This document shows, piece by piece, positions 37,949-48,700 of a DNA stretch of 62,817 nucleotides (within the stretch, counting starts at the first letter, position 1; the number at the start of each line of letters is the position of its first letter). Source of the DNA: an uncultured Legionellales bacterium (GTDB lineage: Bacteria; Pseudomonadota; Gammaproteobacteria; PIVX01). The stretch covers positions 1-62,817 of the forward strand of contig CAYGTQ010000002.1 of assembly GCA_964352915.1 (NCBI GenBank), read 5' to 3'. The translations under genes and the position numbers were made by a program. The notes below the pieces were generated by a model, which had not been told where the DNA came from, did no database searches, and saw only the letters and a list, made by a program, of their open reading frames with translations.

Positions 37949-38739
37949 CAACATTACTTTACCGATGCCTTACTGCAGCAGTGTTACTGAGCGCTATTAT
38001 GGCGGCACTATTAACGTCGGAAATTATCTTCTATTCTCTTATTTTCTTGATGCTAGCGCTGGCTTGTTTTGAGTGGATGGCTCTGCTTGGTATTGAAAAG
38101 CCATCCTGCAAATTAATCTATGCACTGGTATATTTCTCCGGCCTTGCTTTTATCTTAGCCTTTTCTTTAAAAAGTCTTGTATCATTTTTTAGTATCCCGG
38201 TGTTTTGTGCTTGGTCAGTATTGTTTGTACACATGAACTGGCCTCATAAGATTTCCCATGAGATATTTCGTCGATTTTCCCCCATTATATCTTTGTTATT
38301 GGTTTGGAGTGCTTGGTATGCGTGTCTCTTTATTGGGACAGTTTTTAATGCGTGGTATGTGTTCTATTTGATGGTGCTGGTTGGGTTATCAGATGTAGTT
38401 GCCTATTTTACAGGCAATTGGTGTGGTAAACAAAAGTTGGCAGCTCATATCAGCCCATCAAAAACCATAGAGGGTGCGGTAGGAGGGGTTATAGGTCCAC
38501 TGTTAATAGCTACTTTCGAGCCTTTCGGCCATCTGAGCATGACTTTCTGGCTTGTGAGTATTGTGATAACTTTGTGTGCAGGTATTTTAGGTGATTTGTT
38601 CATCAGCGGCTTGAAGCGCAGGTGTGGGGTTAAGGATACCGGTAGCCTTTTGCCAGGGCATGGTGGCATTTTGGACAGAATTGATAGCTATTTGGTAGCA
38701 ATCCCAATTTTTGCTATCTTGGTGTGCTTTTTCAACTGA
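37945..38739 (+). CDS. cdsA: Phosphatidate cytidylyltransferase
   Basis: 264 aa multi-TM protein. SDVVAYFTGNWCGKQKL ... SPSKTIEG ... GDLFISGLKRRCGVKDTGSLLPGHGGILDRIDS is the CdsA signature. Confidence 0.92.
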   Translation: MTTLLYRCLTAAVLLSAIMAALLTSEIIFYSLIFLMLALACFEWMALLGIEKPSCKLIYALVYFSGLAFILAFSLKSLVSFFSIPVFCAWSVLFVHMNWPHKISHEIFRRFSPIISLLLVWSAWYACLFIGTVFNAWYVFYLMVLVGLSDVVAYFTGNWCGKQKLAAHISPSKTIEGAVGGVIGPLLIATFEPFGHLSMTFWLVSIVITLCAGILGDLFISGLKRRCGVKDTGSLLPGHGGILDRIDSYLVAIPIFAILVCFFN

Positions 38740-38878
38740 ATGGAATGGGTCAGTTAGAGAAAGTTGGAGATGAAAGACTGGAAGTGTAAGCCAAGATATA
38801 TTACAGTTTGCAGCTTGGAAACGTATCGTGTTTAAAGCTTAAAGTGGTCTCAAAACATACAATACAGGTGATCTTCCG

Positions 38879-41233
38879 ATGTCTTTAGTTAAATTTAAAA
38901 GGGTCTGTTGGCTTGCCGCATGTGGTTTTGCGCTGATTTTTTCCTATCAGGCTGCGGTAGCTGATAGCTTTATTGTCAAAAGCATCTCGATCCAGGGATT
39001 GCAGAAGATCCACAAATCAACATTGATGAAAGAATATATCTCGCCTGTCGTTAAGGTTGGTCAAAGATTCTCTTCTCAAAATGACAGCACAGCCCTTTTA
39101 AAAGCTCTGTATAAAAGCCAGTTTTTTAACACGGTCGATCTTGAAAGACAGGGCTCTAAATTGATCGTAAAAGTTAAAGAAAGGCCAGTGATTGCGTCTG
39201 TTAAGGTGGTTGGTAATAAAGGTATTTCGACAACACGTGTTAACGAGATGCTGAAAAAATTATCTGTTCAAAAAGGACTTATTTTTAACCATGCTGTTCT
39301 AAACAATATTCAACAAGGTCTTCATGGTTATTATCTGAGTCGTGGTAAGTACGATACCAAAATTAATACAGAACTTAAAAATCTATCACAAAACCGTGTT
39401 GCTATTACGATTAAAGTTGATGAAAGCAAGCCGTTGGTTATTAAAAGTATCCGTGTTGTTGGCGGTAAGCAATATAGCGAAAGCCAACTCAAGAAAAAAT
39501 TGTTGCTGACAACGCCTGGGTTGTTCACTTATTTTACCGATAAAGATAAGTACAGCAGTGAAAAATTGTCTGCCTCACTGGATATTCTCAGAGATTTCTA
39601 TTTTGATGAAGGCTATATACAGTTTAAGGTCGTTTCTAAAACAACAGCGATGACTCCTGACCGCAAAGGTGTTCATATCACTGTAAAAATTGATGAAGGT
39701 GATCGTTATACGATTAAAGGATATCAATTCAGCGGGCAACTCATTGTGCCACAAAAGGCATTAGTCAAAGCACTTGCCTTTGCTAAAGGAGATATTTTTT
39801 CACGTACAGCGGTTAATGAAAGCATATCGAATATAAGTGATTTGCTTGCAGACAGAGGTTACAGCTTTTCTACGGTGGATGTGAATCCTGATATCAATCA
39901 GAAGCGTAAACAAGTTAATATTAATTTTTTCATTGAACCGGGCCGGCCTGTATTCGTTCGCCGCATCAATTTTATCGGTAACCATAAAACAGCAAGTTAT
40001 GTCTTTCGTAGAGCATTCAGGCAGAAAGAAGGTGAGCTGCTGGTGGCCAAAAAACTGCGTGAATCGATGCGTCAGATGCGTTTGTTGACTTACATAGATG
40101 ATGTCAGTGTAGAACAAAAGCGCGTTCCAGATGCCAACAATCAGATTGATCTTGATGTGAATGTGGTTGAAGGACGTTCAACTGAGCTATCTGTTGCTGC
40201 TGGATATGGTACCAATGGATTTGAGGTGAATGCAGGTATCAATGATTATAACTTTTTTGGCACAGGCAGTAACGCTGGCTTTAATTTTACTTCAAATGCC
40301 TGGGGCAACAACTACTCAATGAGTTATTTTAATCCTTATTACACAGAAAGTGGTATTGGGCGTGGGTATAACGTTTACTTTCAAAAGCAAAAACCAGGTC
40401 GAAGTGGTTTACTCAGCAAAGTAGATGTATCACCTTTTACCACCGATCGATTTGGTGCTGCTATTAACTACAGTATTCCTTTCACTGATACGCACAGCGT
40501 TTCTGTTTCTGGTGGTTATGAATTTCTTAGGATTAAAGAAATAGGCTCTGCTCCATCAGCACAACTGACGGAATTTGTCAGATTACATGACAAAAAATTC
40601 CCACAAATTCGATTAGGTGCAGGGTGGGCTTTTTCTAACTATGATCGGCTTCCATATCCTACAAAAGGATATCGACATTCAGTCGATCTTTCTTTAGCCT
40701 TGCCTGCGTCAAAGAAGGGGTTGCAGTTTTATAAGGCAAGCTACCTCAATAGCATTTATTATCCTTTGTTCAAAGGCTTTATTTTTCATGCTACTGGGCA
40801 AATAGGGTTTGGTGGATCTTTTGGGCGAACAAAAGCGTTACCGTTTTATGAGAACTACTATTCAGGTGGAATTAGTTCAGAAGGGCAAGTAAGAGGTTAT
40901 GAAACAGCTTCGCTTGGGCCTAAGGACTCTAATGGTGGTTCTATGGGAGGTAACTTACTTGTAGCCGGTAGCGCTTCTATCATATTGCCTAAACCACTGA
41001 GCGGTAATGATATCAGAACAAGAGTTTTTGTTGATGCTGGTAATGTATATGACACAAAGAAAAATCCTATACTGACTGGCAGTCGGCCTGGGCATATGCG
41101 GTTATCTGCAGGCTTATCGCTTGAATGGCGCACACCAATTGGGCCATTGGCTTTTAGTATAGCGGCCCCAATTAATCGAGCTAAAACTGATAGGAAGGAG
41201 TTCTTCCAATTTACAGTTTCTCATGGATTCTAG
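38879..41233 (+). CDS. bamA: Outer membrane protein assembly factor BamA
   Basis: 784 aa. Signal peptide, five POTRA-like repeats (I..I.I.GL..., RINFIGNHKT...), and a C-terminal beta-barrel ending in F. Confidence 0.95.
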   Translation: MSLVKFKRVCWLAACGFALIFSYQAAVADSFIVKSISIQGLQKIHKSTLMKEYISPVVKVGQRFSSQNDSTALLKALYKSQFFNTVDLERQGSKLIVKVKERPVIASVKVVGNKGISTTRVNEMLKKLSVQKGLIFNHAVLNNIQQGLHGYYLSRGKYDTKINTELKNLSQNRVAITIKVDESKPLVIKSIRVVGGKQYSESQLKKKLLLTTPGLFTYFTDKDKYSSEKLSASLDILRDFYFDEGYIQFKVVSKTTAMTPDRKGVHITVKIDEGDRYTIKGYQFSGQLIVPQKALVKALAFAKGDIFSRTAVNESISNISDLLADRGYSFSTVDVNPDINQKRKQVNINFFIEPGRPVFVRRINFIGNHKTASYVFRRAFRQKEGELLVAKKLRESMRQMRLLTYIDDVSVEQKRVPDANNQIDLDVNVVEGRSTELSVAAGYGTNGFEVNAGINDYNFFGTGSNAGFNFTSNAWGNNYSMSYFNPYYTESGIGRGYNVYFQKQKPGRSGLLSKVDVSPFTTDRFGAAINYSIPFTDTHSVSVSGGYEFLRIKEIGSAPSAQLTEFVRLHDKKFPQIRLGAGWAFSNYDRLPYPTKGYRHSVDLSLALPASKKGLQFYKASYLNSIYYPLFKGFIFHATGQIGFGGSFGRTKALPFYENYYSGGISSEGQVRGYETASLGPKDSNGGSMGGNLLVAGSASIILPKPLSGNDIRTRVFVDAGNVYDTKKNPILTGSRPGHMRLSAGLSLEWRTPIGPLAFSIAAPINRAKTDRKEFFQFTVSHGF

Positions 41234-41256
41234 GTAACTATTAAACGAGGTATATT

Positions 41257-41775
41257 ATGAAAAATTTATTTTGCTATGTTGGTGCATTCGTATTGTTGGT
41301 TTCGTCTAGTATGTCTTTTAGCAAAGACAACTACGCAGTTGTAGATTTTGAGCAAGTTTTAAAAGATGCGCCTTATGCAAAATCGCTCAACGATGGTATT
41401 GAAAATAAATTTAAACCAAGACAGAAAAAACTTCTTTCTTTGCGGGAAGATTTGCAAAAGCAAAGTGAAAAAATCAAAAAAGATCAGCCTGTTATGAAAG
41501 AAAGTGAGCTTAAAAAAGCACAAGCTGAATCTGAAAAAAAGCAAAAAGAGTTTGAGCAAAAAAGCGCTGCTTTCTATCAAGAGTTGCAAGCTGCTCAGGC
41601 AAAAGCGTCTGAAGATTTTACAGATATGGTTCAGAAATCCATGAAAAAGTATGCTAAGAAAAAGGGCATAAGCTTAGTTTTTCAAAAACCGGCAGTAGCC
41701 TATTTTGATGAGCAAACGATAAAAGAAATAACAAAAGACTTTATTTCTTCTCTGCCTTCCAAGCCTAAGGACTAA
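41257..41775 (+). CDS. skp: Periplasmic chaperone Skp (OmpH family)
   Basis: 172 aa. Signal peptide and a Lys/Glu/Gln-rich coiled coil. Conserved position between bamA and lpxD. Confidence 0.85.
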   Translation: MKNLFCYVGAFVLLVSSSMSFSKDNYAVVDFEQVLKDAPYAKSLNDGIENKFKPRQKKLLSLREDLQKQSEKIKKDQPVMKESELKKAQAESEKKQKEFEQKSAAFYQELQAAQAKASEDFTDMVQKSMKKYAKKKGISLVFQKPAVAYFDEQTIKEITKDFISSLPSKPKD

Positions 41776-42801
41776 ATGGCCACTTATTCTATAAAAGAAA
41801 TAGCCAAATACATTGGTGCAGACTTTATTGGGGATGATACTGTTAATATTCACGGTATCGCCCCTTTACAGCATGCTAAAAAAGGGCACATAGCTTTTCT
41901 GGATAATTCGGTTTACCACAAATATTTATCAAGTACACATGCTTCTGCTGTGGTCTTATTAAAAAAATATGCTGAAGAATGTTCCGTCAGCTCTTTGATT
42001 GTACCAAACCCTTACTATGCCTATGCACAGCTTAGCCATCTCTTTGCCAGAAAGATTAACAGTAATATGGGTATTCATCCGACAGCAGTTATAGCTGATG
42101 ATGCCAACATTGCAGAGCATTGCTCTATAGCTGCTGGGGCAGTTATTGCAAGCAGTGCTGTTATTGGTGAAAAGTCGGTGATTGGTGCTGGAGTTTATGT
42201 AGGTGAAAATGTCAGTATAGGTAAAGGTGTTCATATTCATCCTAAAGTGACTCTGCATCATGAAACTATCATTGAAGATCATGTTATTGTACATTCAGGT
42301 GCTGTGATTGGTTCAGACGGCTTTGGTAATGCTAAGCACAGTGGTAAATGGCATAAGATAGCTCAGCTAGGACGTGTCATTATTAGAAGTGATGCCGAAA
42401 TAGGGGCAAATACCACCATTGATCGTGGAGCGCTTGGTGATACTGTGATTGGTCAAGGCGTTAAATTGGATAACCTTATTCAGATAGGACATAATGTATC
42501 CATTGGCGATCATACAGCCATCGCAGGTTGTGCAGCGGTAGGCGGAACCACAAAGATAGGAAGCCATTGCCTTATTGGTGGAGGTGTTTGTGTTGCAGGC
42601 CATATTACTATTTGTGATGATGTCGCTATAACGGGCATGTCAGGTGTTTCTAAATCAATATCTAAGCCAGGCGTTTACTCATCAACTATGATCGTGCAAG
42701 AGCATAAAACATGGCAAAAAAATCTTGCTCGCATAAGACAGCTGGATAAATTATTTTTACAGTTCAAAAAAGTAAAAAAATTGCTAAAAATAACAGACTA
42801 A
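41776..42801 (+). CDS. lpxD: UDP-3-O-acylglucosamine N-acyltransferase
   Basis: 341 aa. N-terminal uridine-binding region and extensive hexapeptide repeats (IHP.A.I...A.IG..., GSDGFG). Confidence 0.95.
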   Translation: MATYSIKEIAKYIGADFIGDDTVNIHGIAPLQHAKKGHIAFLDNSVYHKYLSSTHASAVVLLKKYAEECSVSSLIVPNPYYAYAQLSHLFARKINSNMGIHPTAVIADDANIAEHCSIAAGAVIASSAVIGEKSVIGAGVYVGENVSIGKGVHIHPKVTLHHETIIEDHVIVHSGAVIGSDGFGNAKHSGKWHKIAQLGRVIIRSDAEIGANTTIDRGALGDTVIGQGVKLDNLIQIGHNVSIGDHTAIAGCAAVGGTTKIGSHCLIGGGVCVAGHITICDDVAITGMSGVSKSISKPGVYSSTMIVQEHKTWQKNLARIRQLDKLFLQFKKVKKLLKITD

Positions 42802-42820
42802 TTGGGATTTGGATTGCATT

Positions 42821-43264
42821 ATGGACATTCAACAAATTTTGAAATATTTGCCTCAGCGTTATCCGTTTATGCTGATTGATAAAGTAATATCTATCAATCC
42901 TGGGCAGTCACTTGAAGCGATAAAAAATGTTAGTGTTAATGAACCTTATTTTATGGGGCATTTTCCAGAATGGCCAGTTATGCCAGGTGTTTTAATTCTT
43001 GAGGCTATGGCACAAGCATCTATTATTTTGGCCAATAAGACTTTTGAAATAGAAGGGCTCCCTCAAAGCATGCATGTTTTTGCAGGCATCGATCGCGCAA
43101 GATTTAAAGCAGTCGTGCAGCCTGGCGATCAATTATGTTTGAAAGTTAGTTTGCAAGCTCGTAAGCGTAATATTTGGAAAATGCATGGAGAAGCTTTCGT
43201 TGACGGCAAGCTTGTCAGTTCTGCTGATCTAATGAGCGCTACCATGGAGGCTGATCGTGATTGA
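42821..43264 (+). CDS. fabZ: 3-hydroxyacyl-ACP dehydratase FabZ
   Basis: ILKYLPQRYPFMLIDKV ... NEPYFMGHFPEWPVMPGVLILEAMAQ is the canonical FabZ sequence. The ATG at 42821 is preferred over the TTG at 42809. Confidence 0.95.
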   Translation: MDIQQILKYLPQRYPFMLIDKVISINPGQSLEAIKNVSVNEPYFMGHFPEWPVMPGVLILEAMAQASIILANKTFEIEGLPQSMHVFAGIDRARFKAVVQPGDQLCLKVSLQARKRNIWKMHGEAFVDGKLVSSADLMSATMEADRD

Positions 43265-44027
43265 TGAGCAAACTAGAATCGATAAAAGTGCCAAAATTGG
43301 TAAGAATGTTTCCATAGGCCCTTGGACTTGCATTGGTGCTGATGTGGAAATTGGCGATGGCTGTGAAATTGGTTCACATGTGGTGATTAAAGGCCCAAGT
43401 AAAATTGGCCCTAATAATCGTATTTTTCAATTTTCTTCTGTTGGTGAAATCTGCCAAGATAAAAAATTTGAAGGTGAAGAAGCTTGGCTGGAAGTGGGGG
43501 AAGGCAATACCATCCGTGAACACTGCACCTTGAATAGAGGTAGCAAGCATGGTGGTGGTGTTACCAAAATTGGCGACTACAATTGGATTATGGCCAATGT
43601 TCATATTGCGCACGATTGCCGCATTGGTGATCACAATATTTTTGGAAACAATGCAGCGTTAGCGGGGCATGTGACGTGTGAAAATTATGCAACAATCAGT
43701 GGTTATTCTGCTGTGCACCAATTCTGCAATATTGGCGCTTATAGCTTTCTTGCTGGTGGTACGTACGTCAATAAAGATATCTTGCCCTATATATTGATTG
43801 CGGGGTTTAATGCGTCTGCATGTGGGCTTAATTCAGTGGGCTTGAGACGTCATGGCTTTAGCACTTCAACCATAGAATACTTACGCAAAGCGTACAAAAT
43901 AATTTTTCGCAAAGGGTTAACAGTACAGCAAGCCTGTGTTGAGTTACATGAATTAATTCCAGAGTGTCCGGAAATAAAGCCTTTTATTGACTCACTGCAA
44001 GCCTCCGAGCGTGGTATTGTACGTTAA
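43257..44027 (+). CDS. lpxA: Acyl-ACP--UDP-N-acetylglucosamine O-acyltransferase
   Basis: 256 aa. Hexapeptide repeats followed by the C-terminal helical domain (GLNSVGLRRHGFS...YLRKAYKIIFR). Confidence 0.95.
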   Translation: MIDEQTRIDKSAKIGKNVSIGPWTCIGADVEIGDGCEIGSHVVIKGPSKIGPNNRIFQFSSVGEICQDKKFEGEEAWLEVGEGNTIREHCTLNRGSKHGGGVTKIGDYNWIMANVHIAHDCRIGDHNIFGNNAALAGHVTCENYATISGYSAVHQFCNIGAYSFLAGGTYVNKDILPYILIAGFNASACGLNSVGLRRHGFSTSTIEYLRKAYKIIFRKGLTVQQACVELHELIPECPEIKPFIDSLQASERGIVR

Positions 44028-44041
44028 ATCATTGCTATGAA

Positions 44042-45202
44042 ATGAAAAGAGCCCTAAAAATCTTGATAGTTGCTGGGGAGCATTCCGGCGATGTGTTGGC
44101 TGCAAACTTAATCCCGCACCTTAGAAAATTGATTCCTGATTGTGAATTTCTAGGTGTGGCAGGCCCCAAAATGCGTGAGGCAGGCTGTGAGTCACTATGT
44201 GATATGGAATTACTCAATGTAATGGGCTTTCACCAAGTCCTTCTGAAGATGCCAACCATTCTAAGCGTTAAGAATAAACTTATTAGCTACTGTAAAATAC
44301 AAAAGCCAGACATATTCATTGGTATTGATTATACAGATTTTAACTTAGCGTTAGCTAAAAAATTTAAATCTATGGGCATTAAAACCATACAGTACAAAGG
44401 ACCATCGGTTTGGGCTTGGCGTTCTGGCCGAATAAAGACAGTTCAGAAAGCAGTCGATCACTTGTTAACAATTTTCCCTTTTGAGCAAGCATGTTACCAA
44501 AATACCTCAATTCAAGCTACTTATGTTGGTCATTATTTAGCGGATCAAGTGGCTTTGAAAATTGATAAAAAAGCTACAAAAAAACAACTGGGGTTTTTAG
44601 AGGATAATCCGTTAATAGCATTACTTCCTGGTAGTCGATTACAAGAAAACGATGTACTTATAGAACCATTCATACAAACAGCCCTGGTACTTCAGAAGCT
44701 TGATCCTTCACGACAGTTTGCTGTAGCTCCAGTGAGTCAGCCCATGCAGGAGGTATGGCAAAAATACTTTCAGCCTTATCAAGATCAGATAACGATTAAA
44801 ATACTGACAGAACAAAGCCAGACACTTTTGGCGGCTTCAGATTTGGTGATGGTAGCATCAGGTACAGCTACTTTAGAAGCTATGCTTTATAAGACCCCTA
44901 TGGTGGTAGCTTATCGTGTTTCAAAATTATATGAATGGTTGATGAAGGCTTGCTTGAAAATAGAACATGTTTCTTTGCCTAATATAATTGCAGGTTACTC
45001 TTTGGTAGATGAATGCCTACAGAAAGATATGAGTGTTGAGCAATTGACCCGATCTGCCATAAAAATACTCAATCAGCCTAATTTGTCACAGTCAATGAAA
45101 AGTATTTTTCTCACAATGCACCAAGAGTTACAATGTAACAGTATTGAAAAAATAGCTGAGCTAATAGCTCATACGTCTGGTAAATTGAGCAATCATGAAT
45201 GA
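44042..45202 (+). CDS. lpxB: Lipid-A-disaccharide synthase
   Basis: 386 aa. ILIVAGEHSGDVLAANLI ... GVAGPKM ... LLPGSR ... SGTATLEAMLYKTPMVVAYR. Confidence 0.93.
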   Translation: MKRALKILIVAGEHSGDVLAANLIPHLRKLIPDCEFLGVAGPKMREAGCESLCDMELLNVMGFHQVLLKMPTILSVKNKLISYCKIQKPDIFIGIDYTDFNLALAKKFKSMGIKTIQYKGPSVWAWRSGRIKTVQKAVDHLLTIFPFEQACYQNTSIQATYVGHYLADQVALKIDKKATKKQLGFLEDNPLIALLPGSRLQENDVLIEPFIQTALVLQKLDPSRQFAVAPVSQPMQEVWQKYFQPYQDQITIKILTEQSQTLLAASDLVMVASGTATLEAMLYKTPMVVAYRVSKLYEWLMKACLKIEHVSLPNIIAGYSLVDECLQKDMSVEQLTRSAIKILNQPNLSQSMKSIFLTMHQELQCNSIEKIAELIAHTSGKLSNHE

Positions 45203-45782
45203 GATCATTGTAGGAGTAGATGAAGCTGGCAGAGGCCCTTTGGCAGGGCCTGTGGTAGCCGCTGCTGTTATATTGCCTGGAAAATTGTCCGTTGCTGGGT
45301 TAAAAGATTCTAAGCTTTTATCAAAAAAGCAGCGCGATTCATTAGCAATTATTATCAAAAAAGAAGCTATAGATTTTTCTGTAGCGGAAGCAACCGTTGA
45401 AGAAATTGACAGATTAAACATTCATTATGCAACCTTACTGGCAATGACACGTGCTGTGCAGCAATTAAATCACTCATTCACATCCATCTTTATTGACGGT
45501 AAGTTTGTTCCAGATGAGCTTTCAGTTGATGCTACAGCATTTATTAAAGGTGACCAAAAATATCCTTGCATCTCTGCGGCGTCAATTTTAGCAAAAACTA
45601 TTCGCGATCAAACCATGATCACGTACCATGAGCAATACCCAGAATATGCCTTTGATTTACATAAAGGGTACCCAACTAAAAAGCACTTGGAAGCACTCAG
45701 GTCTTTTGGTGTGACACCTATTCATAGAAAAACTTTCAAGCCTGTTCGTGATGTAATTAACCTATCAGATAGGGTTGCATGA
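45195..45782 (+). CDS. rnhB: Ribonuclease HII
   Basis: 195 aa. GVDEAGRGPLAGPVVAAAV ... DSKLLSKKQR ... ASILAK ... KGY. Confidence 0.95.
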   Translation: MNEIIVGVDEAGRGPLAGPVVAAAVILPGKLSVAGLKDSKLLSKKQRDSLAIIIKKEAIDFSVAEATVEEIDRLNIHYATLLAMTRAVQQLNHSFTSIFIDGKFVPDELSVDATAFIKGDQKYPCISAASILAKTIRDQTMITYHEQYPEYAFDLHKGYPTKKHLEALRSFGVTPIHRKTFKPVRDVINLSDRVA

Positions 45783-48700
45783 TGCCACAGAAATTCGTTC
45801 ATCTACATCTTAGAACAGAATATTCTCTTGTAGATAGTACCATCAGAATTGATGATTTAATGAAGCATTTGAAGGCATTAAATGTGCCTTCAGTTGCCAT
45901 TACAGACTATATGAATTTATTCGCTATCATCAAGTTTTACCGAAGTGCGCTTAATCATGGCATTAAACCTATTATTGGATGTGAAGCTTCTGTGTGGTCA
46001 GATGACTTAGGAACATCATTTAATTTGGTGTTATTATGCAAAAACATGCAGGGATATTACAATTTAACTCATTTAGTGTCTAAAGCTTACCAGCTACGGG
46101 AAGAGAAAACGCCTCCTTCCATAAAGTCTACATGGTTTGAACAGCATACAGCTGGCTTAATAGCACTTTCGGGTTTAAATAGTGATGTAGGTAGTTTGTT
46201 GCTGCAAGATAAGAAAGATGAGGCAGTAAATCAATGCAGATTATGGAAAGAAATCTTTGAGGATTACTACCTGCAGGTGGCTCGTATTAACCATCCTGAC
46301 GAGCAAGCGTATATCGTCGGATGTCAACATATTTCTGAAAAACTATCGCTTCCTTTGATAGCAAGCAATGATGTAAGGTTTTTATTGCCTGAGCAATATG
46401 AAGCGCATGAAGCCAGAGTTTGTATACAAAAAGGAGAGTTGTTAGCTGACCAATCCAGAAAAAGAAACTACACAATTCACCAAAGTGTTAAAACAAATGA
46501 AGAGATGCATCAGCTATTTTCTGACATGCCTAATATATTAGAAAATACAGCTATTATCGCAAAAAAATGTAATGTTCATTTTGAGCTTGACAATGTTGTC
46601 TTACCTGATTTCCCTATCCCTAATCAGTTGAGCATTGAAGATTATTTAAAACAACAAGTCTTAAGTGGCTTAGATACCAAAGAACTTGAGACCAGTGATT
46701 ATGAAAAATACCACAGTAGGGTTGAAAGAGAGCTTTTAGTAATTAACAAAATGGGCTACGCCGGTTATTTTTTGATTGTAGCTGATTTTATAACATGGGC
46801 AAGAAATCACAGAATCCCTGTTGGCCCTGGTCGAGGTTCTGGTGCGGGCTCATTGGTTGCTTTTTCTCTCGGCATTACAGACATAGATCCATTAAAATAC
46901 AACCTTCTTTTTGAAAGGTTCTTAAATCCTGAGCGTATATCTATGCCCGATTTTGATATAGATTTTTGTATGGATAATCGCGATCGTGTTATTGAATATG
47001 TTATGCAAAAGTATGGAAAATCATGTGTTTCACAAATCATTACTTTTGGAAAAATGGCAGCAAAAGCTGTGATACGAGATGTAGGTAGGGTATTAGGTCA
47101 CTCTTATGGCTTTGTAGATCGCATTGCAAAATTAATTCCAAATGAACTGGGTGTTACTTTATCCAAAGCGCTTAAAGATGAAAAAGAGCTAAGTCATTTA
47201 TACAAAACTGATGACACCATTAAAACAATGTTTGATTTAGCAATCCAATTAGAAGGCTTGGCGCGCAATGCGGGAAAACATGCAGGTGGTGTGGTCATTG
47301 CCCCTGGCGCATTAACCAATTATGCACCTTTATACTGTGAAGAAAATGATGCAAGCATTGTAACTCAGTTTGATAAAGACGATGTAGAATCTATTGGCTT
47401 AATTAAGTTTGATTTCCTTGGCTTGAGGACATTAACTATTATTGATAGAGCAGTTAAAACGGTCAATAAAAGCATCAAAAACAAAGATAAGCGTGTTGAT
47501 ATTAAAAAAATTTCTTTAGATGATGCTAAAACTTTTGAGCTCATACAAAGCTGTAATACAACGTCAATTTTTCAGCTTGAATCAAGAGGCATGAAAGAGC
47601 TTGTAGGAAAATTGAAACCAGACTGTTTTGAAGATGTTGTGGCTTTGATAGCACTTTTCCGTCCTGGCCCCTTACAGTCTGGTATGGTTGATGATTTCAT
47701 CGATAGAAAGCATGGGAAAAGTCCTGTCACATTTTTTGATCCTCGTTTAGAAACAGTGCTTTCACCAACTTATGGTGTTATTCTGTATCAAGAACAAGTC
47801 ATGCAAATTGCTCAAGTATTAGCTGGATATTCCTTAGGTAAAGCTGATTTACTTAGGCGAGCCATGGGCAAGAAAAAAGTTGAAGAAATGGCTAAACAAA
47901 GGCTTATTTTTGTCAGCGCTGCAGTCAATAATAACGTAAGCCACGAAAATGCTACAACTATTTTTGATTTAATTGAAAAATTTGCAGGTTATGGTTTTAA
48001 TAAGTCTCATTCTGTAGCTTACGCCATGATTTCATATCAGACAGCCTGGCTGAAAGCACATTACCCATCAGAATTTATGGCGGCTGTTTTGTCATCCGAC
48101 ATGGATAATACTGATAAACTCGTGACGATCATTCATGAGTGTAAGAGTATAGGGCTTGAAATATTACCTCCTGATATAAATAGCTGCCATTATTTTTTTA
48201 CTGCAAAAAGTAATGGCAGTATAGCTTATGGACTTGGAGCTATTAAAGGTCTGGGGCAAGGTGTAATAGAATCATTGACTTTTGAGCGTGAGAAAAATGG
48301 AGAGTACAAAAACTTACTGGATTTTTGTACTCGTCTGGATGTTAAAAAAATAGGTAAGCGCGTCTTGCATGCCCTAATTTATTCAGGTGGTTTTGATAAC
48401 ATCAGTTATAATCGAGCAACTTTGTTGGACTCAGTTGATGCTAGTTTGTTGACGGCTGAGCAGTCAACAAAAAATGATCAGAAAGGTCAATTAGATATGT
48501 TTGGCATAAGTACATTGCCTAATGATGAGCAATTTTCTCAGAAGAACTTACCTGAAATACCTAAAATTGAACTTTTGGCAAAAGAGAAACAAATACTAGG
48601 TTATTATGTCAGCGGTCATCCTGTTGATGTGTACAGCTCTGATAGGGAACAATTGGGTGCGGTAACTATTTCAGACTTAATAAATAGGAATACCAACTCT

